DNA of 64,000 nt from Phycisphaerae bacterium (GTDB lineage Bacteria; Planctomycetota; Phycisphaerae; UBA1845; Fen-1342), in assembly GCA_963666925.2 (NCBI GenBank), contig CAXXTC010000005.1:1-64000 (forward strand). Reading direction: 5' to 3'. The notes under the pieces are model-generated. The model had not been told where the DNA came from and did no database searches. It saw only the letters and a list, made by a program, of their open reading frames with translations. The position numbers and the translations under genes were made by a program. Positions 1 to 8,125 of this stretch are shown piece after piece (within the stretch, counting starts at the first letter, position 1; every line of letters begins with the position of its first letter).

Positions 1-238
1 CAACCTCCGGATGCGCGAAGTGGAGCGCGAGAAGCTGATCGATCAGCTCCAGACCGCCCTCAACGAGGTCAAGGTGCTCAGCGGGATGTTGCCTATCTGC
101 GCCGGGTGTAAGCAGATACGCGACGACAAGGGTTACTGGCACCAGGTCGAAGAATATATCCACACGCACAGCGAAACCGAATTCACTCACAGCTACTGCC
201 CCGACTGCGCCCAAAAACTACTGGATTCGCTCCAGTAA
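1..238 (+). CDS. 3' end of a signal-transduction protein (response regulator/PAS type) with the conserved Cys-rich C-terminal tail; 5'-truncated
   Basis: LSGMLPICAGCKQIRDDKGYW..VEEYI...SE.EFTHSYCPDC tail is typical of such proteins; the frame is open to the window edge. Confidence 0.75.
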   Translation, partial: NLRMREVEREKLIDQLQTALNEVKVLSGMLPICAGCKQIRDDKGYWHQVEEYIHTHSETEFTHSYCPDCAQKLLDSLQ

Positions 239-365
239 GAACCGCTTTTTTCCGCCTTTCGTATCCCTTTCAGCCACAAGTCATTTTGTTAAAGTTCCGC
301 CCCCGCCGGGTCGATTAATTAAGCAGGAGGAAGATTAACTATAAACCCGGCCGAGTGGAGGCAAG

Positions 366-584
366 ATGTGCAAATTCTGTGATCTGGAGGCATTGGAAGC
401 CGAAAGCTTCGATACGTTTTTCGAAGGCGCGGCCTCTCACGGATACCGCAGTATGGTTTGCAAGCACTGCTCGACCACGTTTTTCACCGAGAGCGTGGAA
501 CTGCAGCCTGCCGCTGTTTCGACAGCCTGGCACCCGCAGCCGCAGCATGTGAGCGAGCAGGAAATGGTGATGCTGCCGAGCTGA
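366..584 (+). CDS. small putative zinc-binding protein (72 aa, two CxxC pairs)
   Basis: CKFC and CKHC; GGAGG shortly upstream of the ATG; intrinsic terminator downstream. Confidence 0.6.
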   Translation: MCKFCDLEALEAESFDTFFEGAASHGYRSMVCKHCSTTFFTESVELQPAAVSTAWHPQPQHVSEQEMVMLPS

Positions 585-620
585 ATCGGGCCAACCGTTT
601 CAAATCCCTATTTTGAGAAT

Positions 621-649
621 AAAACCGCCGACGATGGCGGTTTTTTTTT
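621..649 (+). terminator. rho-independent terminator (possibly bidirectional)
   Basis: AAAACCGCC-gacgat-GGCGG followed by 9 T. Confidence 0.8.
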
Positions 650-849
650 ATCCTCCTCCGGCGTTTTCCCGTCCGGGCCCTACTCGGCGCAATCCGCACC
701 AGATACGGTTTTCAGGCGCAACCGCAAGGTAATCAACCACTTGGCCCCAAGAATATCCGGGAGTCAAAATCATCAGATTTGAGTAGCTAAAAAATAGGTT
801 GTCACCAGAAGTTTTTTGGGGTATAAAGGTAGAGAAAAGTGACGGGAAC

Positions 850-879
850 TTGACAGGAAAGTTTATCTTTATATATTAT
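850..879 (+). promoter_or_regulatory. sigma70-type promoter of the 918-1253 gene
   Basis: TTGACA at 850-855 with TATATT (16 bp spacer) or TATTAT (18 bp spacer) in an AT-rich patch. Confidence 0.55.
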
Positions 880-917
880 AGTACAGTTGTTGCATTATAT
901 ATAATTCATTTGGAGAC

Positions 918-1253
918 GTGATGAAGAAGGTCGAGCAGGACATGGCAAAAGGACAGAAAGCGTATCTGGATCTCCAGAAAGCCATGGTCAATCTCGAATC
1001 GTCAAAGTACATTGTCAACTTCAGCGACGATGTCCACGACAAGCTGGCCACGATCCGCCTGCTGTTCGATTACGTCTTCACCAAGTACGGCAACTACGAG
1101 TTCCGCCGCGACTGTATTGTCGACTTCAAGGTCCGCGAGATCGAGAATATCCTCGAGGCCCTAGACAGCTTTATCGAAAGCTACCAGTCGTTGCTCAAGG
1201 TATATCGCGAGAAACCGTCCTCCAGGAATATCTCCCAGAGCAAGGAAGCCTGA
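918..1253 (+). CDS. hypothetical protein (111 aa)
   Basis: GGAG RBS, upstream promoter, downstream terminator, coding-like codon usage. Confidence 0.7.
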   Translation: MMKKVEQDMAKGQKAYLDLQKAMVNLESSKYIVNFSDDVHDKLATIRLLFDYVFTKYGNYEFRRDCIVDFKVREIENILEALDSFIESYQSLLKVYREKPSSRNISQSKEA

Positions 1254-1285
1254 GCTGGGCCAGCCGCTAGAGTGTGAATACTATT

Positions 1286-1308
1286 GCGCCCCGCCACGGG
1301 CGTTTTTT
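1286..1308 (+). terminator. rho-independent terminator
   Basis: GCGCCC-cgccac-GGGCGT followed by a T run. Confidence 0.55.
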
Positions 1309-1365
1309 ATTTATACCCTGTCCGATTTTCTTTTCCGCCAATCCTGAGAGCCGGGACCACGCCCC

Positions 1366-2150
1366 TTGAACATGCCTGCCCTGGAGATAGCCGTCATCCT
1401 GATCTACCTGGTCGCGATCACCGGTTTCGGCGTCTGGCTCAGCCGTTTCCAGACCGACAGCCGCGCCTATTTCCTGGGTAATCGCAATATCCCCTGGTGG
1501 GCGATCTGCCTCTCGGTGGTTGCCACCGAGACCAGCGTGCTGACCTTTATCGGCGTGCCGGCGCTCTCCTACGCCGCCGACCTCCAGTTTATCCAGCTAT
1601 CTTTCGGTTTTCTGCTCTCGCGTATCCTGCTGGCCGCATGGTTCCTGCCGTCGTTCCTGGAGCGCGATACCTACACGGTCTACGGTTTCCTGCGCGAGCG
1701 GTTCGGCCCCCTGGTGCGAGGGATGGCCGGGGGCTGTTCTTTATCACCCAGGTGCTGGGCAGCGGCGTACGGCTGTATGCCGGGGCGCTGGTGGTGGCAA
1801 CCGTGCTGGGCCTGGAGCAGGTGGCCTGGGCGATCGTGATCCTGGCCGTGGTCACCGTGCTCTACACCTGGGCCGGGGGGATCAGCGCCGTGATCTGGAC
1901 CGACGTTGTCCAGGCGGCGATCATGCTGGCCGGAGGGGTGCTGGCCCTGTGGCTGCTGGCCGGGATGTTCGATGGCGGGGTGGGCCAGGTGCTCTCTACC
2001 GCCCTGGCCGACGGTAAGCTGCGCATGTTCGATTTCCATTTCGACCCCACGGACATGTATTCAATCTGGGCCGGGCTGATCGGCGGTACGCTGCACGGCA
2101 TGGCCACCCACGGCACGGACCAGATGCTGGCCCAGCGCCTCCTGACCACG
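1366..2150 (+). CDS. sodium:solute symporter (SSS/SLC5) N-terminal half; one frameshift near 1735 and truncated near 2150
   Basis: YFLGNRNIPWWAICLSVVATETS, GGISAVIWTDVVQ, HGTDQMLAQRLL; the frame switches at a G homopolymer; homology ends abruptly. Confidence 0.85.
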
Positions 2151-2154
2151 CCCG

Positions 2155-2812
2155 GACCCTGTACCACGCGGTTATGCTGTCCGGCTACACGTGTCCAACG
2201 TGTGGTGGGCCGCTGACGACGGTGCGCGAAGGCCGCTGCCGCTGTTCAAGCTGCGCGCGGGAATTCGACCCGACCATCACGTTTCAGACGTGTTTGACGT
2301 GTGGCGGCCGCCCGCGTGTGCGGGTCCGCCGTTACGAGTGCTGCCGCTGCCGCGCCGAGATCGTGTCGCGGTTCCTGTTCGATGGCTTGGTTCTTGATGC
2401 CGCGTACTTCCGGCAGAAGATGGCCGAGTCGCGCGAGCGGAAGCAGGAGCGGCGTGAGCGGGTCCGGCTAATGCTGGCGGAGAGCCGATCACCGGCCGCC
2501 GACGTATTCCCGGCCGAACTGGACAGCATGCCCGGCTTGACGGCAGCTCTGGACGAACTCACCTGCGGCATTGACCCACCTCACCGCGTCGAGGCGCGCG
2601 AGGAGTTCGATCTGCGGCGCTACGAAGCGCACGTACAGGCCCATTGCGGGCCGATCGCCATCAGCCTGGAGGAGATACCACCCCTGAATGACGACGCTCA
2701 GCACGACCTCGTATGGCGGTTTATCGCGGTCATATTCCTGGCCCATGCCGGCCTGATCGGCGTCTGGCAAGAAGGCCGGAGCATCCTGGTGATCAAGCGT
2801 GAAATTGACTGA
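2155..2812 (+). CDS. multi-CxxC zinc-ribbon protein with a coiled coil and a winged-helix-like C-terminus; probably 5'-truncated
   Basis: CPTC, CSSC, CLTC, CCRC; charged coiled segment RQKMAESRERKQERRERVR. Confidence 0.7.
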
Positions 2813-3184
2813 AAAGGACACGGCATTCCTCGAAGCCCTGCGGCAGCTTATGGACTCACGAGGACCTCTGGGTCGAACTCAAGCCGGGCAGGCCGAGTCG
2901 CATGGTACTGCACGGCACGTACGGCGAGAAGATCCACCAGGCCTTCCGCATGAGCCGGCAGGGCGCGCGATGGCGGTTTCTGAGACTGTTTGATGACCTG
3001 TACATCTCGTCCTTCGAGACCATCCTCTTTATCGAGCAGGCCCTCGGGCCACACCTGCGCGCGCACGCGCTTAGGATCAGCAAGGAGCGCTACGCGTTGC
3101 GCCAGGAGATCGCTCGCTAGCGGCTTCCAGTCGTCCGATTCGCTCGTTCACCGTCGTGAGACGGCAGACTCAGAGGTGGATTGA
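2799..3184 (+). pseudogene. hypothetical protein broken by about two frameshifts
   Basis: MKLTEKDTAFL.. / ..LHGTYGEKIH..QEIA / SGFQSS..EVD* join across three frames; start overlaps the upstream stop. Confidence 0.5.
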
Positions 3185-3589
3185 GCCTCGGTCAGAATTG
3201 ACAAGTGATTCAGCCCTCCCAACTGCGACCGTCGGAGCACCCTGCAATGACTACGTGGACAGGGCCGTTTACTCATGAAGCGGCCTCTCGCGCGCACCAC
3301 GCCGCCGGAATCGCCCGGTTTTCGGTGCGTGCCGAGGTTGGGCTCGACACCTGCGGCTGACCGCGTTTTAACATCGCCAGCGTCGCTCGGGCCCCGCGCC
3401 AAAGGCCCAATCTTTGACTCCTCAGAACGCCACCCCCGAAGATGAAACCATGCCCCACACCGTAGTCGACCTCATGGTCATTCGAGCCAAGATCAGCCCG
3501 CATGACAGGACGTATCCGATGACTTGGCGGAACTGCTCTTTCGCGGGGAACCGAAATCAGCAGCACTGCTTCCTGGTGTCTGGTTTTCG

Positions 3590-3952
3590 CTCAATGTGGG
3601 CCGGCAGCTCCCTGGTGCCTAACTTGTGCGCCAGTCGCCCAACAGCACAGCATCTCCCGCCGCACGCTGGAGCGCGTCCGGGCCAAGCTCCGCCGGCTCG
3701 GTCTGATCGACCACGTCTCGCGCTTCAGTGCGCGCCACGGCGGCCGCGAGGGCTGGGTGCTCTCCACGCGGTTCGAGCGCAGCCTGCGCCAGCTGGCAGA
3801 GAAGCTCGGGGTGTTCCGAGAGGGGACGTGACGTGTCGCGCGACAAAGAACAGCTGCTCATCGAACTGGCTGACGCGCGACGCGCAGCGGCAAACCAGGG
3901 AGGGTACGCCACAGCGGTGAGCAACAAGAGCAATCGAGGTGCAACACCATGA
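3590..3952 (+). pseudogene. frameshifted hypothetical protein, possibly winged-helix
   Basis: an off-track frame reads LERVRAKLRRLGLIDHVSRFSARHGGREGWVLSTRFERSLRQL, then RDKEQLLIELADARR; the stop overlaps the next ATG; 5' boundary uncertain. Confidence 0.4.
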
Positions 3953-4389
3953 AACAGAATCCGTCATATCAGGACAGTTGTCCAAGCGCTACGACTCACG
4001 CAATTCGAACACGCGCTGTCATCGTCATCGCGGCCCTGATGCTCCTTGCCGCGATGGCGAACGTGCTAATGACGGTCAGACTCGCCGCGTGCAGCGACGC
4101 GCGACCAGTCTGCCCCGAACCGCCACGCTACCTGCCCTGCGGCGCGCTCCCCCTGCGCCTGATCCATGACGACCCGGCATGCGCCAACACACTGCTGCAC
4201 GTGATGAACGTGACCAACGTCCACATTCTGCCCAAAGGAAGCAAGCTGCCACCGCTTGACAACGAGACGGCCGCGCAGCTGCAGGTCCTCTGCCCGCAGT
4301 TTGCGAACAGGTCGATGCCGCTGCCGGCCATCTGCCAGCCAGGCCGACTGGATCCACCCGCGGCGGATCGCAACGAGACGAGCGATTGA
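3949..4389 (+). CDS. hypothetical membrane-anchored protein (146 aa)
   Basis: N-terminal hydrophobic helix; GAGG RBS; ATGA overlap. Confidence 0.55.
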   Translation: MKQNPSYQDSCPSATTHAIRTRAVIVIAALMLLAAMANVLMTVRLAACSDARPVCPEPPRYLPCGALPLRLIHDDPACANTLLHVMNVTNVHILPKGSKLPPLDNETAAQLQVLCPQFANRSMPLPAICQPGRLDPPAADRNETSD

Positions 4390-4895
4390 GCAGTGCAATG
4401 AACGTACCCTGCTCCCTGCGGATGCTCGGCACGGATACGAAGCCGGCGCCGGCGAGGCCGAAGATCAAGCTCTCGGCGTTGCAGGGGAGGAAGCGATGAA
4501 CGAGACGGCAGCCGAGACGGCAGGCGATGCGTGCTCGCGGCCGCCAGCTGAGTTGATCTGGGATATCCGCCTGACGACGGAGCCATCAACCGGCCCCAAA
4601 GGACAAAAGAGCGTCAAGCACCGTTGCAATTGCTCGCCTCGGTCGGGTATCATGGCGGATGCTGAACGGTGCAGCATCACTCACCTCGCGCACCGTTGGC
4701 TCGGACAGGACAGACTGAGCGTGAAGGCGGCGGAGCACACCATGGAATCTACCCAAGTCTTGATGAGATGTAGCACGCTCTTGTTGCTTACCGTCTGCGG
4801 TCTCCTGGTAGCCGGTCGGCCGCGTAGGATCACCGAGGATTTCTTGACCATGTGACTCAGGTCTGAGGCTGAGTTGAGCGAAAGCGGAGGATGTC

Positions 4896-6191
4896 ATGAA
4901 CAGAACGGTTTGTCACGCGTTGGGTGTCGGGGCGGCATTGGCCTTCTTGGGCTCGGCGACAGCCTGGGCGAACGAGGCCCCGGTGGTCAGCAACGTGACG
5001 TCCGGCCAGCGGACGGACGGATCGAAGCTGGTGGACATCTACTACAACCTGTCCGACGCCGACGGGGACGCGTGCACGGTTTCGGTGCAAGCCAGCGATG
5101 ATGGCGGGGCGACCTGGACCGTGCCGATTACGGCGGTTACCGGCGCGGTCGGCGGCGGCGTCACGCCGGGCAGCGGCAGGCACATTGTCTGGGACTGCTC
5201 GGTGGACCTGCCGGGCGCGTTCGGCAGCCAGTACGAAGTGAGGGTCTGCGCAAACGATGGCCAGGCACCCCCCGGAATGGTGGAGGTCCCCGGCGGGTCG
5301 TTCGAGATGGGAGACAGCTTCGGCGAGGGGTCTTCCAGCGAACTTCCGGTGCACACGGTCTACCTCAGCCCCTACTCCATCGATACCTGCGAGGTCACCA
5401 ACCAGCAGTATGCCGACGGGCTGAACTGGGCCTACGCTCAGGGCGGGCTGATCACGGTTACCGGCGGCGTGGTTTACAAATACAACAGCGGGACGAGCTA
5501 CCCCTACTGCGACACGACCACCAGTTCGTCGCTCAGCCTCATCGGGAGCCTGGGATGATTCGACGGGTGTCGTGCTGGATCTCACTGGGCTGGGAATAGC
5601 CGCTGTGCTACGACCTGTCCACCTGGAGTTGCAACTTCGGCGTCGGCGGGTATCGGCTGCCGACCGAAGCCGACTCTGAGAAGGCCGCCGGCTGGGACCC
5701 GGCGCAGCAGCGGCAACTTCCGCTTCGAACGAGCATCAGCGACGGCTGCGGGTACAACTGCCTCGACGGCGATTGCGAGCCAACTACTATCAGCAACGGT
5801 GATCCGTACGAGCCGGGGACTAGCCTGGACACGACGCCCGTCGGCTTCTACAACGGCGCTGCTGCACTACTGGGCGGATTTCGGTTGGCCGGGCAGTCCG
5901 GAGACGTACCAGACGTAGGATCACGCAGAGGATTTCTTGACCTACGGCTGTCGACTCATGAGTCTGCAACGTATGGGAGTGGTGCCAAGATTGGTATTCG
6001 AGTTCGTATTATGCGAGTTCGTCCGGGTCGAACCCAACGGGAACGGTTTCTGGCACGTCCCGTTGGGTGTCTGCGCGGCGGCCATTGGAGCCACTATCCG
6101 AACGGCTGCCGCGTCGGCGGATCGCGGCTGCCTCACGCCCGTCCTCCGCAGCAGCACCGGCGGGTTTCGTTGTGCGTTGGGGACTCCGTAA
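4896..6191 (+). CDS. DGR target: secreted FGE-sulfatase (SUMF1/CLec-fold) domain protein with an N-terminal Ig-like domain; frameshifted after ~5530 in this sequence
   Basis: GGAGG RBS, signal peptide (AWA), [29 protein letters not shown], then in shifted frames [38 protein letters not shown]. Confidence 0.9.
6071..6176 (+). repeat. DGR variable repeat (VR)
   Basis: aligns to 7718-7822 with 21 substitutions and one 1-nt insertion; encodes the last residues of the target. Confidence 0.95.
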
Positions 6192-6241
6192 TGCTCTGCA
6201 CTTTTTCCCTGTTACCCTTTGTTTCCTTACCCTTTTTCCTT

Positions 6242-6260
6242 CGCGGCCCGAAGGGCCGCG
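6242..6260. promoter_or_regulatory. DGR target-recognition hairpin downstream of VR/IMH
   Basis: perfect 8-bp stem CGCGGCCC-GAA-GGGCCGCG, about 50 bp after the target stop codon. Confidence 0.8.
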
Positions 6261-6273
6261 CAGCGCGCAAAAA

Positions 6274-6648
6274 ATGCCCAAAGAAGAATTGGTGGTCATC
6301 GATCGAACGTACCAACTGCTAAAGTGGTTCCTCGGGACGTTTGGCGAAGTTCCCGCGTTCACACCGCTACGGACTCGGCCAGCCGATCGAGCAGCGGTTG
6401 CAGGCCGTGTTCGACGGCCTGCTACGGGCCAAGTATGGCGCGGGCGCGGACAAGCGATTAGGCGCTGACGAGCGTGAATCTGGAACTGCGAGTCACTGCG
6501 GATGCTATGCCGGCTGGCGCATGAATTGGGAATGCTGCCGCACAAGGCTCAGGAGTACGCCGCACGGGAGATCGATCTGAGATCGGACGGATGCGTAGGC
6601 CGATGGCTGAAACAGCAACAGCGCAAGACAGCCTCTTGGACCAACTGA
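6274..6648 (+). CDS. avd: DGR accessory variability determinant Avd (four-helix bundle); several frameshifts
   Basis: MPKEELVVIDRTYQLLKWF / KFPRSHRYGLGQPIEQRL / LRMLCRLAHELGML..EYAAREID / EIGRM / WLK across frames. Confidence 0.85.
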
Positions 6649-7705
6649 CGAGTTGGGACAATCTGGTCGCGGCGGTCTGCAAGACGCGGATGGGCAAGCG
6701 GCGCTACGCGGACTGCGCCCGCTCTGAGCATGGTGCGCGATCCCCGAGCTGCTGTCCTTCCAGATGGGGAACTGCGGGTGCGCGCCTATCACCCGGGGCC
6801 CTATCGCACGTTCTACGTCCGCGAGCCGAAGCGGCGGATGATCTGCGCGGCGTCGTATCGGGACCGGGTCGTACCTCACGCCCTGGTCTACGTCCATCGA
6901 TACGCTGTTCGAGAAGAACTTCACCAGTGACTCCTACGCCAACCGTACTGTGCATGGGCACGAATTGGGCGGTGGACCGGTACCAGGAGTTTGCCGGCCT
7001 GTATCGGTAGGTGACTCCAGTGCGACATCGTCAAGTGGTGCACAAGGCGTGGACCACGGAATCCTCAAGTCTATGCTGCGCAGCTGTGATACGAGACGAG
7101 AACGTGCTCTGTCTGTGCAGATCGGATCATCGACTGCAGCAACGCGCAGCAGCCGATTGTCCAGTACTGGTCGCGGGCAAGGACCTGTTCGAGCCACACC
7201 GATGCGCCGGAAGTGAGCTTGCCGTATCGGGAGCATGGCGAGCCAGTACTGGGCCAACGTGTACCTGCACGGGCTGGACAACTTCGTCAAGGGCAGGCCG
7301 CAGTGGCGGGGGTACGTTCGCTACGTCTGATGACTTAACTGCTGCTCGGCGACGACAAGCAGGCGCTATGGCGCGGCTCGGACCGCCATCATGCCACTAT
7401 CTGGAGCGGCTGCGATTGCGGATTCATGAGCAGCGCGCCCAGTGTGCGGCCGAACCGGGGCACGACGCGTTTCCTGTGGTATCGCTGCTGGCCAGGACAC
7501 AATCGCTTCACTGACCAAAGTGCAACATACAACAGTTTCGGCGTCGGGGGCGCCTACTCCAGCGCGAATATGCGCGGGGCGCCAAGACGTGGGAGCAGGT
7601 CAAGGCGTCGCTGGCGGCGTGGAACGCGCACGCGGCGACCGCGAACGGGTGGAATCTTCGCCGGCGCCTGTTGGGCCGGTTGAAGTTCATACGGGGTCCG
7701 GTTGA
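6603..7705 (+). CDS. DGR reverse transcriptase; many frameshifts in this sequence
   Basis: [78 protein letters not shown](+T)DD at 7322-7334; 3' end approximate. Confidence 0.9.
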
Positions 7706-7717
7706 TATGGCCGTGTT

Positions 7718-7822
7718 CTGCGCGGCGGCAATTGGAACAACAATCCGAACAACTGCCGCTCGGCGAATCGCAACAGGAACACGCCCGACAACCGCAACAA
7801 CAACAACGGGTTTCGTTGTGCG
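7718..7822 (+). repeat. DGR template repeat (TR)
   Basis: AAC/AAT-rich copy of VR with 14 AAY triplets and 31 adenines, immediately after the RT. Confidence 0.95.
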
Positions 7823-8125
7823 AATTGGGGAGTCTCACAGATTTGCGGACCGGAATGGCGGCCATCACGGTGGCCGGCAGCGTGTCCGGAGAGTCCGAAC
7901 CGGATTCCGGTTCTTCCGCGTGCGGAGCACGCGGGAGACGAATGCAGCAGTGGCCCCGGCCGGCTCATGCAGCGATTGCCCCGGCCGGGGTGTTGAAAGA
8001 CTACGACCCGGTCTCCTTGCGGCCCTGATGAGGCCGTGTGGGGATCGCGCACGAAACGAGTGGGCGGGCGGAAGCCCGCAAATGGACGCCTCTGCCCTGT
8101 GGAGGCTCTTCTGGAGGCTGCGGCC

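Larger units (their letters stand above)
4896..7840 (+). mobile_element. diversity-generating retroelement: target(VR)-hairpin-avd-RT-TR
   Basis: TR/VR pair with adenine-specific mismatches, Avd motifs, DGR-type RT motifs, GAA-loop hairpin. Confidence 0.95.

Noticed and set aside
3325..3370. tRNA- or tmRNA-like 3' end (GGCTCGACACCTGCGG)
   Set aside because: I could not build a consistent T-stem or acceptor stem
4390..4890. ORFs between the membrane protein and the DGR target (e.g. 4256-4855)
   Set aside because: No recognisable motifs or convincing start; this may be intergenic or error-ridden sequence
6603..7705. RT as a group II intron, retron or CRISPR-associated RT
   Set aside because: The adjacent Avd and TR/VR pair identify it as DGR-type; I saw no cas genes or intron domain V/VI structure
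7730..7810. AAC-rich tract as a microsatellite or CRISPR array
   Set aside because: It is the DGR template repeat; there is no repeat-spacer periodicity anywhere in the window
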